Origin: a virus
Taxonomy: Duplodnaviria > Caudoviricetes
DNA length: 53,620 nt
Reading direction: 5' to 3' (one strand)
Virus record (IMG/VR): IMGVR_UViG_3300030085_004328
Location: 1-53,620 of that record
Shown: in pieces, positions 1 through 8,803 of the stretch
How the letters are laid out: every line of letters begins with the position of its first letter
Position numbering within the stretch: the first letter of the stretch is position 1
The notes under the pieces: generated by a model
The model's input: the letters and a program-made list of their open reading frames with translations, nothing else
Told to the model about the DNA's origin: nothing
Database searches by the model: none
Position numbers and translations under genes: made by a program

Positions 1-539
1 TTTGGGACGAACGCGAACTCGTCGAGAAAGAGGATGTTGAACGACATACCTCGGACAGCACTCGCAGACGTAGAAGCAGCCAGTATTTTGCTCCCATTTT
101 CTAGCTCCAAAGATCCTTTGTTCCATGCTATTATACCCTGCTGCATCCACTTGGGTAAGTTCTCGTATGCAGTTTGTAATCTGCCTAGAAGTTCCCTTGC
201 GGTGGCTGCCTTGTTAGCAAGGATACCGATATTAACACTATCATTAAAAACTGCATAATGAAGAAGATAAGATACCACAGTCGTAGACTTACCAGTCTGA
301 CGAGGCATCTTACAAATATTGAATCTGTTTTCATGGAAATTTTTTACTAGTTTTTCTTGAAATGGATACATCTCAAAAGGAACTAGACCCTTGTCCAATG
401 AAACAATTTGCACATAATTTTTAGCAAAATATACAGGATCTTCTTTACACTTTAAGAACTCAAGAACTTGTTCTTGTGTAAATTCAATTTGCGTATTTGC
501 TTTTTTTAGATTAGGATTACCAAGATATACGTCACTCAT
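1..539 (-). CDS. gp17: Terminase large subunit, N-terminal ATPase part (runs off the window start; absent from the ORF track)
   Basis: Manual translation from ATG at 539: MSDVYLGNPNLKKAN...KCKEDPVYFAKNY...MYPFQEKL...KMPRQTGKSTT (Walker A)...RGMSFNILFLDEFAFVP (Walker B). This is the T4-like gp17 signature. Confidence 0.96.
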   Translation of the reverse strand, partial: MSDVYLGNPNLKKANTQIEFTQEQVLEFLKCKEDPVYFAKNYVQIVSLDKGLVPFEMYPFQEKLVKNFHENRFNICKMPRQTGKSTTVVSYLLHYAVFNDSVNIGILANKAATARELLGRLQTAYENLPKWMQQGIIAWNKGSLELENGSKILAASTSASAVRGMSFNILFLDEFAFVP

Positions 540-546
540 AAATCAA

Positions 547-1041
547 TCAGCAATTCCAGGCTCTAAGGGACTTATTGATTCTGCTATCTGGATCAGATGC
601 AGTTTTCTTAGAAGTTAATTTCTTTTTCATACCTTTCATTCTTGCACAGAATGATGCCCTTCTCTTATTTCCAACTTTTTTTGAGGGTGCTTTAAGGTCA
701 GAACCAGGGTTCTCTCTTTCATAAGACTTACGTCCTTTTTCATTGAGACCCCCCTCAGGGTTCTTACCCGACTTTTTTGTCCAAGCAGCTCCTTCCTCTA
801 GATCAACTTCTTCTGCATATAAGAAAGTTGTACCAGGTTCCTTTTCAATAACGGAAGTGTACTTGACTTTAGATCCAGGATAAATTCCTTGCATCTGTGC
901 TTCGACTTCTGTTCTTGATGGAAGTTTTGCCTGAGGGAAGAACATCTTTAAGACGTATGTTCCTCCTTTCCAGGTCACAACAACCATCATAAGATTGCCG
1001 ATCTTTGAAGGGATCCTTGTTGCTTCGTCAATATTAGACAT
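547..1041 (-). CDS. Conserved cyanophage hypothetical protein with a basic C-terminal domain (GGLNEKGRKSY...RRASFCARM...LRAWNC, DUF6321-like); possible internal head protein
   Basis: 164-aa ORF directly upstream of gp17. IDE/LEE motifs precede each domain and resemble T4 gp21 prohead-protease sites. Confidence 0.7.
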   Translation of the reverse strand: MSNIDEATRIPSKIGNLMMVVVTWKGGTYVLKMFFPQAKLPSRTEVEAQMQGIYPGSKVKYTSVIEKEPGTTFLYAEEVDLEEGAAWTKKSGKNPEGGLNEKGRKSYERENPGSDLKAPSKKVGNKRRASFCARMKGMKKKLTSKKTASDPDSRINKSLRAWNC

Positions 1042-1058
1042 TATTGAAAAGACTCTTT

Positions 1059-3254
1059 TTATTTATTTAGTAGAGACTTCAGTTCGTCAATCTGCTTCTG
1101 TTGATCCTTAACGGCTTCAATCAGAAGAGCAACCATATTCATGTATGCAACGGACTTAACTCCAAGTGCATCTTCATAAACAACATCAGGTACGATCTTC
1201 TCAACTTCTTGTGCAATAACACCTAGACAATGATCTCCAGTTTTCTTATGATCATATTCAACACCACGAAGTTGCTTAACTTTTTCAAGTGCATCTTCAA
1301 TAGTCTCAACATTTTCTTTGAGTCTTTCGTCAGAGTTTGCAGTAACAGTACCAGAAGCAGTCAAATTACCAGTAGAATCAACGAAAGTTAAATTTGATGA
1401 TGTAGTTGCTGTATTTGTTGCATCTTTAAATAGAACTTGGTTTGCACTACCAACATCATTAATATCAGCGCCAGCAGAAATTGTAATAGTGCCTCTTGTT
1501 CCAGTAACAACACCAACAACTGGTCCTACAAAATCAAGGATTGTAAGTCCGACACCAATAAGATCTTGACTGGTATCTCCTCCAGTTTGTATACCAACAC
1601 CACTGATAACGTTATCTAATTGAGATCCATCTCCATCAAAACTATTTGCAGTTATTGTACCATTAATTGTTATATCATTAGGGAATCCTAGAATTACTCT
1701 TCCCTCATTTCGAGTAACTGTGATTTCATCTGTTGTTCCATCAACAGCCATCACCGCACCGGTGGTGTTACTTGCAAGTCCAATAAATCCATCATTACCA
1801 TCATATAGAACATCAAAATGCTCACCAAAGAATGCTGCTACACCAGGATCATTTGATTGGGAACTAGCATATGAAACATTAGCAGAAGTAACAATACCAG
1901 TTACTCTACCATATTCATCAATTTCTACTTCTGAAATAAATTTGTTAGCTCTAGTAGTCGAATCAGCAAATGAAACTGTTACTTGTGCTAGATTAATATC
2001 ATCATCATTAACAACAATTGCATCAGAATCTAAACTTACAACATCAAATCTATTACCAACTTTCAACAAACCTTTACCCGCCTGCAGTTCACCGGGACTA
2101 GAGAACTGGGTAAATTCCAGTGCGCTAACACCGATAGAAACTGGTTCTTTGGTAATCAAAACGAAACCACCACCAGCGTTATCATCACCATTTAGAACGA
2201 ATGAGAACGCACCTGATGCGATTTCAGAACTTTGGTCAAAGTCACTAGCACGGGTCAGTTCCCATGATGTTGATCCGCTTCCAATTCTAGTAACTGTATA
2301 ATATCCATTCTCAAATGTATTTCCAATTCCATTAAGACCCTGATCTTTTACAAGAACACGATCAGTAATTGTTAGGTCTTTAAATCTATCAATAAGACCA
2401 GTTCCACCAACACCTGCTGTAGTGATATTTTCATTTGATTGTGCAAAAAGAATAGCACCAACACCATCAGGTGATGTATCTACGTTGTCGTAATATGCAA
2501 CAAGTGCTTCTGTCGTTGCTACAGATACTGCCTTCTGGACCACAAGACCAGCAGTTGCGAAGTTGTCCACATAGGCTTTCGTGGCCAGTTCTTGGTCAAT
2601 CTGAGGTGTTAATGTATCTACGGTAGCATACGCTCTTCGGAAGAATCCAGATCCAGCAACACCAACGTCACCAACAACACTTAATTGACGGTCAGGAGTG
2701 GCGGAATTAATTCCAATTCTACCTGTAGAATCATTATAAGTAAGATCTGCAGATCCACCAAAAGTTCCACCATCATTATATTGAACTTGTCCGTCAGAAC
2801 CACCAGGTTGAACATCAGCAACAGTAATAGTAGCAGCAATACCAGAAGCAGCAGCAGTTATCAAACTACCGACAAAATTAACATCCCGTATACTGTTAGC
2901 AGAACCTACCTGAACACCTTCCTCTCTAATAGTAATACCAAGATCTTGAATACTTTCAAGACTTGACCACGCTACGGAAGTTCCACCCAGAGATGTTAGG
3001 ATGGTATTATCTTCACCCATCGTCCCATCATAAGCAAATAATTCCTTATGAATTCTGAGGGTTCCTGTATCTAAATCAGCAGTGGGAGTATCAATATTTC
3101 TTCCTTCTACTCCATGAGAAGTACCAATACCGACGCTACCTCCAATTGAAACGTTACCTATAACGTTCAATACTCTAGTATCCTCACTGTAATCAGTGAT
3201 TCCAATTCCGAGATCTCTTTCTCTCCCGGATATGTACTTACCGTAATTAGCCAT
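1059..3254 (-). CDS. Tail fibre/spike-like protein with C-terminal peptidase S74 intramolecular chaperone
   Basis: C-terminus SDERLKENVETIEDALEKVKQLRGVEY...GVIAQEVEKIVPDVV...SVAY...LLIEAVK plus a coiled coil. Fibre motifs ATKAYVD, DRVLVKDQ...ENGYY, LTRASDFD. Confidence 0.9.
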   Translation of the reverse strand: MANYGKYISGRERDLGIGITDYSEDTRVLNVIGNVSIGGSVGIGTSHGVEGRNIDTPTADLDTGTLRIHKELFAYDGTMGEDNTILTSLGGTSVAWSSLESIQDLGITIREEGVQVGSANSIRDVNFVGSLITAAASGIAATITVADVQPGGSDGQVQYNDGGTFGGSADLTYNDSTGRIGINSATPDRQLSVVGDVGVAGSGFFRRAYATVDTLTPQIDQELATKAYVDNFATAGLVVQKAVSVATTEALVAYYDNVDTSPDGVGAILFAQSNENITTAGVGGTGLIDRFKDLTITDRVLVKDQGLNGIGNTFENGYYTVTRIGSGSTSWELTRASDFDQSSEIASGAFSFVLNGDDNAGGGFVLITKEPVSIGVSALEFTQFSSPGELQAGKGLLKVGNRFDVVSLDSDAIVVNDDDINLAQVTVSFADSTTRANKFISEVEIDEYGRVTGIVTSANVSYASSQSNDPGVAAFFGEHFDVLYDGNDGFIGLASNTTGAVMAVDGTTDEITVTRNEGRVILGFPNDITINGTITANSFDGDGSQLDNVISGVGIQTGGDTSQDLIGVGLTILDFVGPVVGVVTGTRGTITISAGADINDVGSANQVLFKDATNTATTSSNLTFVDSTGNLTASGTVTANSDERLKENVETIEDALEKVKQLRGVEYDHKKTGDHCLGVIAQEVEKIVPDVVYEDALGVKSVAYMNMVALLIEAVKDQQKQIDELKSLLNK

Positions 3255-3262
3255 TTTATAAA

Positions 3263-3607
3263 TTAGAAGTTAGAGGTTTCCAGAATTGATGAAAGAAATT
3301 TCATATCTGATCCTGCATCTACAGAAACAGCGATCTTGTCTCCTGTCTCTAGAACTAGTTTTCCAGGAAGAAGATTCACTGTGTCTCCTGCAGGAACAGG
3401 AAATTCATTTACGATTGGTGTTGTGGTTGTATCGGTGCTGTCGTAATAACTGAAAGTAATTTTTCTAGTTACTGTTCCAGTATTGATAGCCTGCGCCAGA
3501 AGGAATACTGATGTATATCCTGTTGGTGCTGTGTAGATTTGAACGTCTGATGTTGTGGGCGTATTAGTAATTGTTCTAAAATTATTAATCGCAATTTGAG
3601 CAGCCAT
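3263..3607 (-). CDS. Small virion structural protein (beta-rich, cyanophage conserved)
   Basis: 114 aa, IYTAPTGYTS...GKLVLETGDKI...SILET pattern, tightly packed between tail genes. Confidence 0.7.
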   Translation of the reverse strand: MAAQIAINNFRTITNTPTTSDVQIYTAPTGYTSVFLLAQAINTGTVTRKITFSYYDSTDTTTTPIVNEFPVPAGDTVNLLPGKLVLETGDKIAVSVDAGSDMKFLSSILETSNF

Positions 3608-3611
3608 TTAA

Positions 3612-6600
3612 TTAGTCTCCTAGTGCTAGAATGAATGGTGTTACGTTGTTGAATAGCGACTTCAGGTAGGTTCTACCTGTAATCGTTCCAGTTGCTTGGT
3701 TGATGGTAACACCATCACCAATTCTAAAGTTACCTGCCTGGTCGGTAGAAGTATAGATGACTTCACCACCTTCTTCTTTAACAACCTCGTTTTCTTGGAT
3801 GGTTACACCACCAACACCAGGTCTTGCGGTGAAGATATCATTACCTGCACCAACATATTCAAACGAGTGAGAAGATGTGATTTGTAAACTCTGGCGGCTC
3901 AGATAAACTGTAGAACCAACAGATACATCATTATTTAACCCAGCAACAGCAGTGATAGTTGAAACTCCTGCTCTTGGGAAAGTTGCAGAACCAACCTTAT
4001 AATATAGAGGATCAGTCTTTGTTACTTCTGCTGTTGCAGTTACTCCTGCAGGAGGTGCTGCAATGCTTACATTTGGAGTTCTGGTCTCATATTGAGTACC
4101 AGTGTTAATCAGAGTAACCGCTGTAACTGCTCCATTCTCTACTGTAGGAATTGCCTGTGCGCCAATTCCATTTGGTCCTGTTGGAGCATCGATTGTAATA
4201 ATCGCATCGTTTGGAGTGTTATATCCAGATCCACCATTTGTAACGGTGATTGTATTTAGAGAGTAGTAAAGTTTATCAATGTAATAAACCTGACCATCAT
4301 AAGGTCTTTGTGTTCCAAGACCACTGACCTCTAATGTAATATCATTTGCATCTGCAGCAGTAACAACCTTACCTGTCTGTCTATAGATAGACTTAGTTGT
4401 AGCATCACTGATTCCGTTAGAGATAAGACCAATTCTTCCGAATGAAGAGTTGGAGTTAGTCAAGTCACACTGACCACCGCTTGCTGTTACGATTGCTTCG
4501 TCGCAGCAAATTGTGAAGATAGACACTAACTGAGCGTAGGATCCGTTTGTAATCGATACACCAATTCCTCTCTGGTTATACTGCGTATAAGAGTCAACCG
4601 ACATGGAACCCTGAACACCGATCTCATCCTCGTCTCCAGGTTCTGCAGCAAATCCATCAATCTTCAGACCAATGCTGTCGAAGATGAAGTTGGTGCAGTT
4701 TCTTACATATGGACCTTTGAAGATCTGTCCACATCCAGGACTGAAATTCGGGTCAGCATCTTCACCTTCTGCTGGGTTATAACCAGCACCATCGAATCCT
4801 TCAAATCTAGTGGTAATTCCAGTTGGATTTACTGGACTCTGAATTGCAGTAATTCCACCACCAACAATTGCAGTAACGATACCAATAACAGTATCAATAG
4901 CACTCTGAACGTTCTTACATCCAGCAGGGCTTGTGTTGCTGTTGACTCTAGGATCATACTGAATAGACTCATCTTTAATTTGTCCACCAGCATAATCAGA
5001 GTTCTTCGTGAATGGTTGGAACTTCAGAATGTTACCTGTATTATCATCATATGTGTGAGAAATTTCAGTAGGTCCAAAGTTTGTGGTGAATGTTGTAGGT
5101 CCAACAATTGAGTCAACATTAAAGATATTTCCAAATGTTCCATCTGGGAATACTGTTGTTGTAATTCCGACGAAAGCAGAACCACCACCAATGTAAGTAT
5201 GATCTAGTGTTGAAACACCAGCATTAACGGTAATAGAACTTGCGATGGAGAGTGTTGGGAAGTTATTCAGGTTTCCTGCTCCAACGTGAGTTGTAACAAT
5301 ACCAATCAGACTATCAATAGAAGAACGAATATCTGCACATCCTAAAGGATCTGTATTGACTCCAACTGCAGGATCTGCAGTAATTGTTGTATCTCTATAA
5401 TTAAGAACATTATTAATAGCTAATTTTGAATATGCTGCAATAGAAGAGAATGCAGTTACAGACTCTGACTCTTCACCAATTAATCCACCACTAATTGGAT
5501 TACCAACGGCATCAAAATACTTTCTAGTGGTCTCTCTAATATTTTTATTGCTATCTGTTCTTAAGTCATCGATTAGAGAATCAACAACATATGCAATATC
5601 TCTTCTACACTTAAATTCTCCACCTGGGAAGTTACCATAATTAATTGTAAGACCATTGATAACATTAAGATTTTCTGACTCAATAGCTTCTGTTGCAATA
5701 CCGACTAGGTTATCAATAGACGCTTGAACATCACTGCAAGAATATGTCTCACTATTTCCAATAGCAGGGCTTCCATCACCAAAATAACTAGATCCTCCAG
5801 AAACTGTAGTATCTTTAGTTGATAACTGGTTAGCAATCGCCAACTTCATCTGATCTCTTGCTGTGTCGAAAGCGAGAATAGATTGTACTTCTTCGCCATC
5901 AAGACCATTGGTGAGGAAATTTCCAGACGCATCAAAATACTTTTTAGCAAAAGCAATTGAATAATTATTTCCACTGGTGAAAATATCTGTCGAAACAGCA
6001 TCTACAAGATAGTTCAAGTCTCTCTTACACTTATCTTCAGTTCCAGATAATCCGGGATATTCTGTGACCATTGTAGTCCATGCTGTCCCAACAATCTCAC
6101 CTTTATTTTGTTGAATCAGACGATATGCATCTTTATATCTAGAAGTTGTTGTGATTGAGGAATCTCCTGGGAAGAAGAAATCTGGATGAACGATTGCAAT
6201 GTTTGCAAGAGCCTTATCTGTGATTTCTAGTTTGTTACCAGCAATCAGGTTTGCAGAATCTTGATATCTGTCTCCACCAACTTTCTCTACTGGGAAGTCA
6301 TATCCAACAGCACCTGATGGGAAGAACTGGGTTGAAAGACCACCACCAGAGTCGCACTGGAACACTAATTCTTCGAGACGAACTGTTCCATCATTCTCAA
6401 TGTATGCTGGATCATTATCAGAAGAATCTGTTCCTACAGGATCACTGAATCCAATAGTTGTAAGTCCAGTTAGTCTATCGTAAACAGCAGAATTAATTCC
6501 CACACTTGGAGTGTATCTACGGAAAACTTTTGTTTGTTCTGTATTATAGTTTATAGTAAGTCCACCAGCTCTGTTCTTACCAATTCTTGCTACAAATGTT

Positions 6601-8738
6601 GTGGTAGAAGGAGTATCATCGACAATAAGTTTGCGATCTTCATTACCTATAAATGCTTGTGGAACTGCTAAACTTCCACCGTCAGTACCAGCTCTAAGAT
6701 TTTCAAATGTTATTCCTTGACCGGATTTAAGTCCATGTGCAGTAGAAGTCTCGAAAGTAACGATTCCTGTTGTGCTATCATAAGTTTCGGTGAGAATATT
6801 AACTCCCTCAGTGGATATTGATTCAGGAACGCAAGTGAATCCTAGTCCAGTAATTTCAATACCATCATCTTTAGATAGATCGTGATCATATCTTGTAGTA
6901 ATAGTTGCAATTCCTGTGCTGGAACTATAGTCAATACTATCAATTGGAGTTGTATAACCAATAGAAACTCCACCCCAAGTTACATTATTAATTACGCAAC
7001 GAACAATATCTTGAGCATAATCAACGGCACGAATTGTTTGAGTTACCTCATCAATTGGGGAGTTATTAAGAGTAGCGGCAGCGAAGGAAGAAATACCAAC
7101 TTGAGCTAAAGTCTCATCAAAGTAAGTCTTACCGGCAGCAACGACTTTTGTAGATCCACCTCTTGTAATATCATAACAAACTGCCTTAAGAATATCTCTT
7201 ACGTCTCTTGAGCAACGGAAAGTATCAAGGTTAATACCAGTGATGATTCCAACAACACCAGAAGAAGAACCAGCACCAATAGCACTTGTAGTAATACCTG
7301 AAAGATAACTGATGCTATTACCAACACCAGTACACCATCCTGTTCCTACAATAATTCTATTGTTAGAATCATCATAAAGATATTTCTTATTTCTTCTTGT
7401 AGAATCAATTGCTTGAGTATAATCATCATAGTAAGTATTATATTTTTCTACTGTTCCACCAGTATCATAGGTGTGAGTAATTGAAGAAATAGCAACATTT
7501 GTCTTAAAGGTATTATCATCAACATATTCTGTTACTGTGAAATATTCTCCGTTTGTACCATCTGGGAAAATACTAGTTGTAACTCCACTACCTCCAGGGC
7601 AGGTAAATGCAATTCCAGCTAGTTCAACAATATCACCAGTTGTTACACCATGACCAACAGAGGTAACGGTAGCGATACCAGTTAGATTATCATAAACAAA
7701 TCCAGTAACGTTTGTAGTACCACCAGCACCAACACTAGCCCATGGTCTCTGGTTGATTACATATGTTGCGATACCAGCAGCACGATCAATAGCAGCAACA
7801 GTAGCGTCAGCAATGCTATAACCATTTGAATCAGTTCCTGCTACGTGGACAAGAGCTCCACCAGAGAAATATGATAATGCTGCACCGACTGATTTTAAGT
7901 TACCAGTAGATTTTAAATCATATGCAATTGATTTGAATATATCTTTAATATCATCTCTACAGTTCTGTGCATCATCTGGATTTCCTTCAGCATCAGTAAC
8001 AACAAATGCTGGATTCTTATAGTCAGTGCTTGTAATATAACCAACCGCTTCTTGTGCAATAAAATCAAGGTTTGCTTCAAGAGCAGTTGAACCATCTTGT
8101 GCAAGGTGTGTTCCTGCATAACCACTATAACCGCTGGTCAGGAATCCAACTGCTTCTCTTGCAATAAAGTCTGAGTTGACGCGAATGAGTCTTGCTGCGT
8201 CGAAATATCTATCGGATGCTACACTCTCAAGAGGTCTGAAAGCAACTGCAGCAGATCCAGAATCCATAGATCCTGTGAATCCAAGGTCAGTTAAGTGACA
8301 TCCATCATTTACATGGAATAAATCTTTATCTGCGTTTGCAGGAGAAACAATACAGTTTCTTAGTTCAAGACCCTCTACTGATACGTTCTTTTCAAGTAGA
8401 ATTGGGTTTTGCTCAACATATACCCCAGGATAAACCTTAACAGTATCAAAGATTTCTGCAATCTCTGCAGCAGCTTTGATTGTTAGTTTTGCATCCTTTT
8501 CATTTAAACCAGTATTAGCATCATCACCTTCTTTACATACGAAGATAGTTTTACCTAGAGATCCTCCAGCACCTACTCGGATAACGCGAGTTGCGATTCC
8601 AACTCCTGCTGTATCTTGTTTTAAGAATACTTCTCCATCAAAAGCATTTACAGCTAACTCTCCAAGAGCAAGTTGTGCGGTAGTTGGGATTTTACCAGCT
8701 ACTGTTGACCTTTTTAAACGAATCTGAGGATCTGCCAT
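3612..8738 (-). CDS. Large tail fibre/appendage protein (1708 aa): fibre-anchor N-terminus, beta-helix-like segments, nested helical CxRD domains
   Basis: N-terminus IRLKRSTVAGKIPT...LALGELAVN..DG is a common phage fibre anchor motif. GDDANTGL...AKLTIKAA...VKVYPGVYVE is a pectin-lyase-like start. C-terminus HSFEYVGAG...YTSTDQAGNFRIG. GGAG RBS upstream. Confidence 0.85.
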   Translation of the reverse strand: MADPQIRLKRSTVAGKIPTTAQLALGELAVNAFDGEVFLKQDTAGVGIATRVIRVGAGGSLGKTIFVCKEGDDANTGLNEKDAKLTIKAAAEIAEIFDTVKVYPGVYVEQNPILLEKNVSVEGLELRNCIVSPANADKDLFHVNDGCHLTDLGFTGSMDSGSAAVAFRPLESVASDRYFDAARLIRVNSDFIAREAVGFLTSGYSGYAGTHLAQDGSTALEANLDFIAQEAVGYITSTDYKNPAFVVTDAEGNPDDAQNCRDDIKDIFKSIAYDLKSTGNLKSVGAALSYFSGGALVHVAGTDSNGYSIADATVAAIDRAAGIATYVINQRPWASVGAGGTTNVTGFVYDNLTGIATVTSVGHGVTTGDIVELAGIAFTCPGGSGVTTSIFPDGTNGEYFTVTEYVDDNTFKTNVAISSITHTYDTGGTVEKYNTYYDDYTQAIDSTRRNKKYLYDDSNNRIIVGTGWCTGVGNSISYLSGITTSAIGAGSSSGVVGIITGINLDTFRCSRDVRDILKAVCYDITRGGSTKVVAAGKTYFDETLAQVGISSFAAATLNNSPIDEVTQTIRAVDYAQDIVRCVINNVTWGGVSIGYTTPIDSIDYSSSTGIATITTRYDHDLSKDDGIEITGLGFTCVPESISTEGVNILTETYDSTTGIVTFETSTAHGLKSGQGITFENLRAGTDGGSLAVPQAFIGNEDRKLIVDDTPSTTTFVARIGKNRAGGLTINYNTEQTKVFRRYTPSVGINSAVYDRLTGLTTIGFSDPVGTDSSDNDPAYIENDGTVRLEELVFQCDSGGGLSTQFFPSGAVGYDFPVEKVGGDRYQDSANLIAGNKLEITDKALANIAIVHPDFFFPGDSSITTTSRYKDAYRLIQQNKGEIVGTAWTTMVTEYPGLSGTEDKCKRDLNYLVDAVSTDIFTSGNNYSIAFAKKYFDASGNFLTNGLDGEEVQSILAFDTARDQMKLAIANQLSTKDTTVSGGSSYFGDGSPAIGNSETYSCSDVQASIDNLVGIATEAIESENLNVINGLTINYGNFPGGEFKCRRDIAYVVDSLIDDLRTDSNKNIRETTRKYFDAVGNPISGGLIGEESESVTAFSSIAAYSKLAINNVLNYRDTTITADPAVGVNTDPLGCADIRSSIDSLIGIVTTHVGAGNLNNFPTLSIASSITVNAGVSTLDHTYIGGGSAFVGITTTVFPDGTFGNIFNVDSIVGPTTFTTNFGPTEISHTYDDNTGNILKFQPFTKNSDYAGGQIKDESIQYDPRVNSNTSPAGCKNVQSAIDTVIGIVTAIVGGGITAIQSPVNPTGITTRFEGFDGAGYNPAEGEDADPNFSPGCGQIFKGPYVRNCTNFIFDSIGLKIDGFAAEPGDEDEIGVQGSMSVDSYTQYNQRGIGVSITNGSYAQLVSIFTICCDEAIVTASGGQCDLTNSNSSFGRIGLISNGISDATTKSIYRQTGKVVTAADANDITLEVSGLGTQRPYDGQVYYIDKLYYSLNTITVTNGGSGYNTPNDAIITIDAPTGPNGIGAQAIPTVENGAVTAVTLINTGTQYETRTPNVSIAAPPAGVTATAEVTKTDPLYYKVGSATFPRAGVSTITAVAGLNNDVSVGSTVYLSRQSLQITSSHSFEYVGAGNDIFTARPGVGGVTIQENEVVKEEGGEVIYTSTDQAGNFRIGDGVTINQATGTITGRTYLKSLFNNVTPFILALGD

Positions 8739-8791
8739 CTATCTCCATATTTGGTATATACCGTAAACCTAATAGAAATTAGGTGCTATCT

Positions 8792-8798
8792 TATTTAG
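8792..8798 (-). promoter_or_regulatory. Late promoter variant CTAAATA
   Basis: Intergenic, upstream of the 1708-aa gene. Confidence 0.7.
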
Positions 8799-8803
8799 TA
8801 CCC

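Noticed and set aside
34-258. Plus-strand 74-aa ORF and the many other short plus-strand ORFs in the track
   Set aside because: They lie antisense to clear structural genes (here gp17) and have shadow-like composition.
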